DNA of 64,000 nucleotides from Candidatus Latescibacterota bacterium (GTDB lineage Bacteria; Latescibacterota; UBA2968; GCA-2709665): NCBI GenBank assembly GCA_965116875.1, contig OZ220733.1, positions 128,001 to 192,000 of the forward strand, read 5' to 3'. Shown piece by piece: positions 41,745 to 51,030 of this stretch (position 1 is its first letter; each line of letters starts with the position of its first letter). The notes under the pieces were generated by a model. It saw only the letters and a program-made list of their open reading frames with translations, ran no database searches and was not told where the DNA came from. The position numbers and the translations under genes were made by a program.

Positions 41745-43796
41745 ATGAAAAGGTCAACGATTTTGGGCGTCACTCTAGTTTTGACGACTGTCCTGTTTTC
41801 ACACGACAGCCTCGCACAGGATCACACACGAATGGGACTGCCCCAGGGGGCACTAAAGCGGCTGCGCAAAGGAGAATCACGCCTGGTGGCCTGGACGCGG
41901 GACGGCGCGCGACTGGCGGTGGGCGGTACCATTGGCATCTGGGTTTACGATACCGAAACCGGGGACGAGGTTTCTCTGCTCGCGGGTCATAGACGTGAAG
42001 TGGTATCGATGGAGTTTACGCCCGATGGCCTGACGCTTGCGAGCGGCAGTCTTGACCATACGGTGCGTTTGTGGGACGCGGCCACGTGGCAGGAAAAAAG
42101 CACCCTGAAAGGACACACCCGCGGGGTCAATTCGGTAGCATTTTCGCCGGATGGGACCACGCTGGCGAGCGGCAGTCGCGACGGCACGGTGCGGGTGTGG
42201 GACGTGGCCACCGGGCAGGAAATACACGCTCTTACGGGACATACCCGTGATGTCAATTCGGTAGTGTTTTCGCCGGACGGGACAACGCTGGCAAGCGCCA
42301 GCCGGGACGAAACGGTGCGGTTGTGGGACACGGCCACAGGGAATTAGAAAAACACCCTCACCGGACATACGTCGTCTGTCACGTCCGTGGTGTTTTCGCC
42401 GGATGGGAAGACGCTGGCTGGCACCAGTAGTGATCGTACATTGAGATTGTGGGAAGTGTCCTCCGGCGAAGAGAAAGGCGCCGTAACAGAACAAAACTGG
42501 TGGCCCGGATCGGTGGCGTTTTCGCCGGACGGGAAGACTATGGCGAGCGGCGGGTACGACAATATGGTGCGATTGTGGGACGTGGCGACAGGGCTAGTCA
42601 ATCACACTCTCACAGGACATACGGCGACCGTCAGGTCGGTATTGTTTTCGCAGGATGGGATGACCCTGGCCAGCGGAAGTTCGGACAATACGGTGCGGTT
42701 GTGGGACATGACCACCCAAATTGAAAAAAACACCCTAACGGGACATTCGGGGACGATCAGGACGATTGCTTTTTCGCCGGACGGAACATCGCTGGCAAGC
42801 GCCAGTTGGGATCATACGGCGCGTTTGTGGGACGTGGCCACGGGACAGGTAAAGAGCACCCTCACGGGACATTCCGGGTCTACCAGGTCGGTGGCGTTTT
42901 CACCGGATGGGGCGACGCTTGCAAGCGGCAGCTGGGACGGAACTGTGCGGTTGTGGGACGCGGCCACAGGGCAGGCAAGACACACCCTCACAGGACATAC
43001 CCGAGGAGTCGAGTCGGTGGCGTTTTCCCCGGACGGGTCGATGCTCGCAAGCGGCGACGGCGGGATTGGTACGGTGCGGTTGTGGGACGTGGCCTCAGGT
43101 CAGGAAAAAAGCGCCTTGTCACCACATTTCGGTACGGTCTATTCGGTAGCGTTTTCGCCGGATGGAAAGACGTTGGCAAGCGGCAGTTCGGACAATTCAG
43201 TGCGGCTGTGGGATGTCGCCTCGGGGCAGGTGGAAAACACCTTTACAGGACATACACTACATGTCCTTTCTGTCGAGTTCTCGCCGGACGGGACGACGCT
43301 GGCGAGTGCCGGTAAAGACAATACGGTGCGATTGTGGGACGTGGTATCAGGGCAACAAGAGTTCACCCTCGCGGGACATACGGAATGGGTTTACTCCGTG
43401 GTGTTTTCACCGGATGGAACCATGCTGGCCAGCAGCAGTTCGGATGGTACGGTGCGGTTGTGGAACGCGGCCTCGGGGCAGGAAGAGGCCACCTTCACAG
43501 CGCATACGTATTGGGTCCCGTCGGTGGCGTTTTCGCCGGACGGAAGGAAACTGGCCAGCGGAGGCAGCGCGATCCTATTATGGGATATGTCGCCCTTTGT
43601 CGATCCGCAACCCCTTGCTACCGACTTCGACGGCGACGGCGCCGTGGGCTTCCCCGACTTCCTGCAGTTCGCGTCGCAGTTCGGGCAGAGCCGGGACGAC
43701 GCCGGATTTGACGCGCGTTTCGACCTGGACGGCGACGGTGAAGTCGGGTTCAACGATTTTGTGATCTTCGCTCGCAGCTTCGGCAATGGTACGTGA
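41745..43796 (+). pseudogene. Secreted WD40 protein W11 (14 repeats), interrupted by an in-frame TAG
   Basis: TAG at 42345-42347 where paralog W7 has TAC (Tyr); downstream ORF 42387-43796 is in the same frame. Confidence 0.85.
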
Positions 43797-43948
43797 GGCG
43801 CCGTCGGCTCACGTTAGAGGTTGGGGCCGACATTCCTGCGCGCCCGCCTCGATGCTATTCTGCCGACGAGAAATCGGAACGAAAGCGTTTGCAGCCGAGC
43901 CAGTCGCGCAGCAAACGGGCGGCTGGACCCCGAGTCTGCGGGGTGGCT

Positions 43949-44539
43949 TCACGAAGGGCCGGTGGGCTGACAGGTGGGGCTGACGGCCTGCCATTGGCGC
44001 AGAACCTCAAAGACGAGGACGGCGCTGGCCGCGGCGACGTTGAGGCTGTTTTTGTAGCCGTACATGGGAATCTCAACCAGCTCGTCGCAGCATTCCAGTG
44101 CGTCGCAACTCACGCCGAGGGCCTCATTACCCACGACGAGGGCCAGGGGGCACGGATAGTCCAGCTCGGTGTAGCGGCGACTTTGCGATGTCGTCTCCAG
44201 CGCCCACACCGGCACCTTGCGCGCGCGCAGGTGCTCAATGGCTTGTAGCGTGGTGGCGAAGTGGCGGGTCTCGATGTACGAGAGGGTGCCCAACGCCGTC
44301 TTGTCGAGCTTGGGATGGGGAGGGTGAGCCGTGTAGCCACAGGTGTAGATACCTTGCAAGCGACCCGCGTCGGCCGTGCGGAAGATCGAGCCGACGTTGA
44401 AGGCGCTGCGCAAATTGTCGAGTACCAAATAGAGCGGGTGCTTGGGCAGGCGGGCGTATTCGTCGACGGGCATCTCCGCGTCGAACGTACGGACCTCGAA
44501 GCTGGTCTCCTTGCCGTAGTTACCCGGCCGCAATTTCAC
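43949..44539 (-). CDS. TrmH/SpoU family RNA methyltransferase
   Basis: LDNLRSAFNVGSIFRTAD, VGNEALGV, EIPMYGYKNSLNVA. Confidence 0.92.
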   Translation of the reverse strand: MKLRPGNYGKETSFEVRTFDAEMPVDEYARLPKHPLYLVLDNLRSAFNVGSIFRTADAGRLQGIYTCGYTAHPPHPKLDKTALGTLSYIETRHFATTLQAIEHLRARKVPVWALETTSQSRRYTELDYPCPLALVVGNEALGVSCDALECCDELVEIPMYGYKNSLNVAAASAVLVFEVLRQWQAVSPTCQPTGPS

Positions 44540-45573
44540 CCGACTTCCTCCGGGGCCACGGGCCGCTGCTCGGCGGCAGAGAGCTGGGCGGCCTCAATAG
44601 CGACCATGGTCTGCCGCACGCTCTCGGCGGTGACGGCCAGCTCGGCGCGGCCGGCGAGCGCGTCGGCGATGTTTTCGTAGTAGGAGCGCCAGCGACCGGG
44701 TGCCGTCTTAATGATGGATTCCTCGGCTGACCGATAGAGGTGGGCGTAGTGCTCGGGTGCCTCTTCAGCCGCGTCGATGTCGCCGGCGATCATGGCCTTC
44801 TCCTGCGGATCCACGCCTTCTTTGACCAGCGCGCCTTCCGTGCCCAGCACGTACCAGCGCGGCTTGGCTTTGCTCGCCAGCGACGAGGTCTCCACGCGCG
44901 CTTCGACGCCGTTGGCAAAGTGGAGCACGGCCAACGCGTGGGACTCGACGTCGATGCTGAGCGGATCGCCGGAGTGGAACGTGGCGTACACTTTTGCGAG
45001 CGGCGCGTCGATGATCTGGAGGGCTTGATCGACCAGATGCGCGCCTAAATCGAAGAACTTGCCGCCGCCGTGCTGTGCGATGCTGCGCCAGCCTCGCGGA
45101 GGCCCGTATTGGCCCCAGAACATCTCCAGCACAAAGAGATCGCCGAGCAGCCCTTGGCCCAGCGCGTCTTTAACGGCGAGAAAATCGCCGTCCCAGCGGC
45201 GGTTCTGAAAGACGCTGAGCAGGCGGTCGTGCGCCTGGCTGGCAGCGATCATCCGGTCGGCCTCGGCCATGCTCAAGCACATGGGCTTGTCGGTGACGAC
45301 GTGTTTGCCCGCTGCCAGCGCCTGGATCGCGTGCGGAGCGTGGAGGTCATTGGGCGTGGCGAGGACGACGAGATCGACGGCTGGATCGGCCAGCACCTCA
45401 TCGAAGTGGCGGAAGGTCTTTACCCCCAGGTCGCGCTGAATTTCGTCGCGGGCCTCCGGCCGGCTGGTGGCGATGCCGTAGAGGTTCAGGCCGCTGGCCA
45501 GACCCACCAGATAGGCGTGGAAGCAGCGGCCGGCAAAGCCATAGCCGATGACGACGACATTGGGTTTTTCCAT
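44536..45573 (-). CDS. Gfo/Idh/MocA family oxidoreductase
   Basis: IGYGFAGRCFH, GKHVVTDKP, FQNRRWDGDF, DLGAHLVDQ. Confidence 0.92.
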   Translation of the reverse strand: MEKPNVVVIGYGFAGRCFHAYLVGLASGLNLYGIATSRPEARDEIQRDLGVKTFRHFDEVLADPAVDLVVLATPNDLHAPHAIQALAAGKHVVTDKPMCLSMAEADRMIAASQAHDRLLSVFQNRRWDGDFLAVKDALGQGLLGDLFVLEMFWGQYGPPRGWRSIAQHGGGKFFDLGAHLVDQALQIIDAPLAKVYATFHSGDPLSIDVESHALAVLHFANGVEARVETSSLASKAKPRWYVLGTEGALVKEGVDPQEKAMIAGDIDAAEEAPEHYAHLYRSAEESIIKTAPGRWRSYYENIADALAGRAELAVTAESVRQTMVAIEAAQLSAAEQRPVAPEEVG

Positions 45574-45666
45574 GATTCTACCTGTGAAACGGGGGTTTTC
45601 GCGGCCGACAAATGGGTACTCATTTTAAGAGAATTCACGGGAGAGGTCTGTTCCTCTTCCGCAGAT

Positions 45667-46440
45667 TCAAACCGGATGTTTGCTGCGATGAAACGCAACG
45701 AAGAAGTCGGACACCTTGCTGACGATGATCTCCAGCATGGCCTGCCCGTCCTCCACGGTGGCATCCGCGGGGTTATCCGTGTACCCGACGCCCGCCTGCC
45801 ATTCGCCGTGGACCTGGACCACCGCGCCCGACAGGCCCACGTCCAGGCCGGCATCGTCGTGGACCTGACCGCTCATTGCGTCCAATGCCTCCCCGTTCAC
45901 CAGGTCCGGCCGGATCGCCATCATCAACGCCGCCTCGAATCGCCCGGCGTGGCCGGGAATGACCGGCGACGGCATCACGCCGGTGAGCGCCTCACCTGCG
46001 ATGTTCCAGTAATCGCCCGTCGCCACGGCCGCCGGATTGCCCAAACGGTTCACGAAGTCCTGTCCCACGAGTCCGTTCGGGTTGCAATTTCCTCCGTGGC
46101 CGTTCAACACCACGAGCCGCTTGAATCCGCTTCTCGTAAGGCCTTCAAGAACATCAGTCACTGCGCCGACGTACGTGGTGGTCCTGAACGACAGGACGCC
46201 CGGAAACGGATAATGATGATGGGAGTTGCCGAATTGCAGCGTGGGGGCCACCACGATGGGGGCCCGTTCGTTTGCGCGCGCCGCGGCCTGGCGCGCGACC
46301 GTACCGCAAAGAACGGCGTCCGTACACACCGGCAGGTGGGGTCCGTGCTGCTCGATGGCCGCCGTGGGCAGGACGGCCGTGGCCGTGGGCGCAACCTCCC
46401 GGATCTCTTCCCGGGTCATCTCTTCGAATAGAATGGACAC
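45667..46440 (-). CDS. Creatininase family amidohydrolase
   Basis: EQHGPHLP..TD, NGHGGN, GHAGRFE; AGGAGG RBS before GTG 46440. Confidence 0.9.
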   Translation of the reverse strand: MSILFEEMTREEIREVAPTATAVLPTAAIEQHGPHLPVCTDAVLCGTVARQAAARANERAPIVVAPTLQFGNSHHHYPFPGVLSFRTTTYVGAVTDVLEGLTRSGFKRLVVLNGHGGNCNPNGLVGQDFVNRLGNPAAVATGDYWNIAGEALTGVMPSPVIPGHAGRFEAALMMAIRPDLVNGEALDAMSGQVHDDAGLDVGLSGAVVQVHGEWQAGVGYTDNPADATVEDGQAMLEIIVSKVSDFFVAFHRSKHPV

Positions 46441-46499
46441 CGGCTGTCCTCCTGACGTGTGGTTAGTTGACAAGAACCGATCTGAAATTCAGCTTAATA

Positions 46500-46564
46500 T
46501 ACTGAGCTTGCCGGAGCGCGGACATTTCGACAAGCTCAATGAACGCACTTCGGCAAGCTCAGTA
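46500..46564. repeat. REP-like palindromic element
   Basis: TACTGAGCTTGCCG ... CGGCAAGCTCAGTA perfect 14-bp inverted repeat with an internal partial copy TTCGACAAGCTCAAT. Confidence 0.55.
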
Positions 46565-46639
46565 CGAGAAATTCGTTACAGAATCCTATTCGGGCTACGT
46601 TGGTGAGGATCCTCTCCCCGCCACTCTGGCGCGGAGAGC

Positions 46640-48112
46640 CTAAATTTCTTCGAACGGATACAACGGCCGCCTGCGATGGTGGAACTCGAACTTGCGCATA
46701 TCCGCCGCTGTCGCGCCGGGCGTATCGACACGGATCAGGCGCGTACACACGGGATCGTACGCCGCCACGGGCGCGTGCACCCCCTTGGCGACGATAACGT
46801 CGAAGGCGTCCGGACTCAGTTGACAACTGGTCATGAGTCCCAGACTTACTGGGACGACCCGGCGCGACGTCAGGCTGATCGTCAAGCCGCTGTCCGTGTC
46901 CACCACCGCCGTCTGACCCATATCGAACGCCGTCCGGCCGCCGTGGCGAATCTCGGACTCCCTGAACCGACCGCTGTAGACGCCGCGTACCCGCACGGGA
47001 GCCTCCAGGGGAGGGCCGTGCAAATCGTCGGTCTTGCCGCCCATCCGGAGCGTCACCCGGGCGCCCACGCCAGCCGCGGCCGCTCTTGAGACGGCTTCCC
47101 TGTCGTACAGGCACACGAATGCCCTGATATTTCCGCGCCTGTGCAATTCATGCGCAAGCATCGTGCCGTCACCCGCGGAACCGCCGCCCACGTTGTCGCC
47201 CATATCCAGCAGACAGACAGGACCGTCTGTATCCACCGCCATGTCGACCGCCTGCGGGATTCCGATGAACTCACCTTTGAAGTCACTGCGAAAGGCGTGG
47301 AGATGATCCGCGAGTTCTCCGGCCACGGATTCCGCAAGGCGTGTATCTCCGTCCGTCACGGCAATCATCGCGGCGCCCATCTCCGGCACGTCGGAGTACG
47401 GGAATCCCAACACGATGCTGTTCGACAACACGCCAGGCCGGTCCAGAAGCCGATCGGCAAGATCGTACATCGGCCGGCATGGAGCGGAGCCCGTCGACTG
47501 CCGTTCAATGTTGATGGCGATCGGCGGAAACGCGGCCGCCTGCGTGGGCCAGATCTCGCCCCGAAGCGTCCGCGCCATCAATCGCGAAGCCTGCAGCCCC
47601 ACCTCCTTCTGGTCCAGATGCGGGTTGCTGCGATAGGCAATCGTCGCGTCACAGGCTGCAATCATCCTCTCCGACAGGTTCGCGTGCGGATCGATTGTGC
47701 AGATGATCGGCGTCTCGTCGCCGACATTGCGCCGCAGCCGGGACAGCCAGTATCCATCCAGGTCCCAGTAGTCCTCTCCCTCACCCACGTTCGCCCCATG
47801 GGGCGCCACCAGCCAGCCTTCCGGTTTTCCGGCGCGTTCAACCTGTTCGAACATCATCTGCATCAGCGCATCGCATGCGTCCTTCGTAATCCTGCCCGAC
47901 GGCTCCGTGCCGGCGTAAAAGAGCGGCACGGCCTCGATATTCGACTCGGCCAGACCCTCGAAAAAACCGCTCACTTCGTTCAGCCCGCTTTCGTAAACCT
48001 CCGCCACCTCGTTTCCGATCAGAATCCGTCTCGACCGGAACATCTCCAACGTGGTGGGCGTACCGATGAACGTATTGGACTCGTGAATCAAAGAGAGAAT
48101 GCCAACGCGCAT
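46640..48112 (-). CDS. M81 family metallopeptidase (MlrC-like)
   Basis: HESNTF, PHGA, DPHAN, YRSNPHLD, DMGDNVGGGS, RRRPLYPFE. Confidence 0.9.
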   Translation of the reverse strand: MRVGILSLIHESNTFIGTPTTLEMFRSRRILIGNEVAEVYESGLNEVSGFFEGLAESNIEAVPLFYAGTEPSGRITKDACDALMQMMFEQVERAGKPEGWLVAPHGANVGEGEDYWDLDGYWLSRLRRNVGDETPIICTIDPHANLSERMIAACDATIAYRSNPHLDQKEVGLQASRLMARTLRGEIWPTQAAAFPPIAINIERQSTGSAPCRPMYDLADRLLDRPGVLSNSIVLGFPYSDVPEMGAAMIAVTDGDTRLAESVAGELADHLHAFRSDFKGEFIGIPQAVDMAVDTDGPVCLLDMGDNVGGGSAGDGTMLAHELHRRGNIRAFVCLYDREAVSRAAAAGVGARVTLRMGGKTDDLHGPPLEAPVRVRGVYSGRFRESEIRHGGRTAFDMGQTAVVDTDSGLTISLTSRRVVPVSLGLMTSCQLSPDAFDVIVAKGVHAPVAAYDPVCTRLIRVDTPGATAADMRKFEFHHRRRPLYPFEEI

Positions 48113-48365
48113 TTCAGGATTTCCAATTCATGTCAATTGGGAGTGGACGAGTCGCGTCTTCAATTCAGGCCTACCGTCAATATAGAAGCCGGCTTTCCTC
48201 AAATCAAATGGTTCTTTGTCTGTTTCGGACAAACGACTCGTGCGTTTATGCAACCTGTGCTAACCAGGAGATTCAGGTCGTCTTATGTATTTGACTCCCA
48301 GATTTCATTATAAACGAATTTACAGTATCGATGGAATTTTAACAAAATTAACTAATGGATTCGTC

Positions 48366-48394
48366 TTGCCATTGTAACGTAAATACTTTATATT
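48366..48394 (+). promoter_or_regulatory. Sigma70-like promoter for the CBS-korAB operon
   Basis: TTGCCA-17 bp-TATATT in an AT-rich divergent spacer. Confidence 0.5.
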
Positions 48395-48537
48395 AAAACC
48401 GGATAAGATAAGCGCGGCTTATTCTTGGTTGTGGGATCGGAAAACTGCATCCGGGCCGGAATACCGTATCGTGCAGACCGTCCGCCGGCCTCACAGACCG
48501 GCCGCCGCATGGAGTGTTGCGATTCCGGAGGAGCCAG

Positions 48538-49005
48538 ATGGACCTTAAGGAGAGTATTCAAACCGCTCCGATCACCCAGGTCGACCTTTCGTATTACGTC
48601 GAGACGGAACATGGTACGCGAGCGGGAGACGTTCTGGCCAAGATGAAGGCGAGCCACAGGAAATGCGCGCTCGTTATGAGACACGGCCGGCTGATCGGCA
48701 TCTTCACCGAACGTGATATCATGAAGAAAGTGGCGGGTAACCCGGACAGCGGCAATGCGCCGATCGATGACCTGATGACGCCCGATCCTGAAACAATCGA
48801 CGCGGACATGAACATCCTGGACGCGACGAGGGTGATCGCCTCCAACCGCTTCCGTTATATGCCGGTAACGAACAAAGAAGGCAGGGTCCTGGGTACGTTG
48901 ACCTATTATGCCATTATCAAATACATTTGCGACTATTTCCCGCAGGAAATCTACAACCAGCCACCCGTGCCGGACGTGTTCGCCAAGGCCCGCGCCGGCG
49001 CCTGA
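48538..49005 (+). CDS. CBS-pair domain protein
   Basis: GGAGG RBS; LIGIFTERD, MTPDP, RFRYMPV. Confidence 0.88.
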   Translation: MDLKESIQTAPITQVDLSYYVETEHGTRAGDVLAKMKASHRKCALVMRHGRLIGIFTERDIMKKVAGNPDSGNAPIDDLMTPDPETIDADMNILDATRVIASNRFRYMPVTNKEGRVLGTLTYYAIIKYICDYFPQEIYNQPPVPDVFAKARAGA

Positions 49006-49065
49006 CAGCCCGTTGGAAAAGCCCATCCGGGCTACGGCCGGCGGAGCGATTTTCTCAACGAACTG
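49006..49065 (+). mobile_element. MITE-like dispersed element, copy 2 (60 bp)
   Basis: CAGCCCGTTGGAAAAGCCCATCCGGGCT...TTTCTCAACGAACTG. Confidence 0.6.
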
Positions 49066-49126
49066 TTAGCTCAATTGATCTACTTCTCCAGATCCGCAGC
49101 CCAATAGTACCGGGAGGTCGATACAG

Positions 49127-51001
49127 ATGGCCGAAACAGCCGTCGGGGAAATTGAAGAAGAAGCCGAACTGCTGGACGAATTGAACGAGGTTGAGTCTAT
49201 TGCCGTCCGATTCGCGGGCGACTCCGGCGATGGAAGCCAGTTCATCGGGGGAGAATTCGCCAACACGTCCGCCATCGTGGGCAACGATATCAGCACCATG
49301 CCGGATTTTCCCGCGGAAATCCGCGCGCCCGCCGGCACTTTGCCGGGCATAAGCGGATTTCAGGTCCGCATATCCAGCGAAGACATCTACACGCCAGGAG
49401 ACGAGCCCCAGGTGCTCGTTGCCATGAACCCGGCCGCGCTCAGGGCCAACCTGCAGGATCTGCCGCCGGGGGGCGTGGTCATTACCAATTCCAATAACTT
49501 CACCCGAAACAACCTGCGCAAGGCCGGCTACGAGACCGACCCGCTGGAAGACGGATCGCTGGAGGGTTATCGGCTATGCAAAGTACCGTTGACAACGTTG
49601 CACAAGCGCGCAGTGGCCGGTGTCGAAGGCCTGTCCAACCGGCAGATCGATATGATGAAGAACTGCTTCGCCCTCGGACTTGCATACTGGATCTTCGACC
49701 GTCCGCTGGAACCGACGATCCGCATGCTGGAAGAGAAATTCGCCAGCCGCCCAAACGTCGTTGAGGGCAATGTAACCACCCTGAAGGCCGGGTACAACTA
49801 CGGGGAAACGACCGAACAGTTTCAGTACAGGTACAAGATTCCCAAAGCCGTGGTCGAACCGGGCACCTATCGCGCCGTTACCGGCGCCCAGGCCACCGCC
49901 ATGGGATTCGTCACCGCGGCGCACAAGGCCGGCAAGACCCTTTTTTACGGGAGCTACCCCATCACCCCCGCGAGCGTCCTGCTCGAAGCCCTGGCCGCCC
50001 TGAAAAACTTCGACGTGCGCACGTTCCAGGCCGAAGACGAGATTGCAGCCATCGGCTCCGCCATTGGCGCCGCGTTCGGCGGCGCCTTTGCCGCGACAGG
50101 CACCAGCGGCCCGGGCATTGCGCTGAAGAGCGAAGCCATCAACCTGGCTCTTGTGCTGGAATTGCCGCTGGTTGTCGCCAACTTTCAACGCGGTGGGCCC
50201 AGCACGGGGCTTCCTACGAAAACGGAACAGTCCGACCTGCTCCAATGCATGTTCGGCCGCAACGGCGAAAGCCCGATTCCCATTGTCGCGCCGGCCACAG
50301 CCTCCGATTGCTTCAACCTGGGCATCGAGGCCTTCCGCATCGCCGTTGAGAGCATGTCGCCGGTTTTCTTCCTGTCCGACGGCTACCTGAACAACAGTTC
50401 CGAACCCTGGAAGATCCCCGATCCCGATGACATCGAGACGATCGACGTGGAACATCGAACGGACCCTGAAGATTTCCAGCCGTACACGAGGAACGTGCAG
50501 ACCCTGTCGCGCCCATGGGCGCTTCCCGGCACGCCCGGTTTGGAACACCGAATCGGCGGCCTGGGTAAGCAGGACGGCACGGGCAACGTCTCGTACGATC
50601 CGAAAGACCACGAACACATGGTCAGGGTCCGGGCGGAAAAAGTCGCGCGAATCGCCAATCGGATTCCAGGGCAGGACGTGTTCGGGCCAAAGGCCGGCGA
50701 TCTGCTTGTCGTCGGTTGGGGCAGCACATTCGGCGCAATCCGGTCCGCGGTTCGCCGCGAGGTCTCCAACGGCCGGTCGGTTGCCCATGCCCATATCCGA
50801 TATCTGAACCCGTTTCCCGCGAACCTGGAGAGTCTGCTTCTGCGCTATCGAAAGATCCTGGTGCCGGAGATCAATGGGGGACAGCTTTCCCTCCTGCTCA
50901 ACGCCAGGTATCCTCTACGTGTCATCAGCTATCCCAAAGTCCAGGGGCAGCCATTCAAGATTTCCGAGATTGTGGATAAAATCCGCGAATTGCTGGACTA
51001 G
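49127..51001 (+). CDS. korA: 2-oxoacid:ferredoxin oxidoreductase alpha subunit
   Basis: RFAGDSGDG, FPAEIRAPAG, YPITPAS, QAEDEIAA, TSGPG, QRGGPSTGLPT. Confidence 0.93.
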   Translation: MAETAVGEIEEEAELLDELNEVESIAVRFAGDSGDGSQFIGGEFANTSAIVGNDISTMPDFPAEIRAPAGTLPGISGFQVRISSEDIYTPGDEPQVLVAMNPAALRANLQDLPPGGVVITNSNNFTRNNLRKAGYETDPLEDGSLEGYRLCKVPLTTLHKRAVAGVEGLSNRQIDMMKNCFALGLAYWIFDRPLEPTIRMLEEKFASRPNVVEGNVTTLKAGYNYGETTEQFQYRYKIPKAVVEPGTYRAVTGAQATAMGFVTAAHKAGKTLFYGSYPITPASVLLEALAALKNFDVRTFQAEDEIAAIGSAIGAAFGGAFAATGTSGPGIALKSEAINLALVLELPLVVANFQRGGPSTGLPTKTEQSDLLQCMFGRNGESPIPIVAPATASDCFNLGIEAFRIAVESMSPVFFLSDGYLNNSSEPWKIPDPDDIETIDVEHRTDPEDFQPYTRNVQTLSRPWALPGTPGLEHRIGGLGKQDGTGNVSYDPKDHEHMVRVRAEKVARIANRIPGQDVFGPKAGDLLVVGWGSTFGAIRSAVRREVSNGRSVAHAHIRYLNPFPANLESLLLRYRKILVPEINGGQLSLLLNARYPLRVISYPKVQGQPFKISEIVDKIRELLD

Positions 51002-51030
51002 GACGAACCCCTGAATCTGGAGAACGATCC

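Noticed and set aside
42345-42347. Stop-codon recoding of W11 by the nearby selenocysteine machinery
   Set aside because: Codon is UAG not UGA, the paralog has Tyr, and no pyl genes are visible; simple nonsense mutation is more likely
17474-43786. Many antisense and alternate-frame ORFs (e.g. 20204-21205, 23180-24190, 39979-41283)
   Set aside because: Shadows of the repetitive GC-rich WD40 coding sequence
17523-43796. DGR, integron or shufflon mechanism for the WD40 array
   Set aside because: No reverse transcriptase, integrase or invertase in the window; no attC-like sites recognised; variation is not obviously adenine-specific; all genes share one orientation
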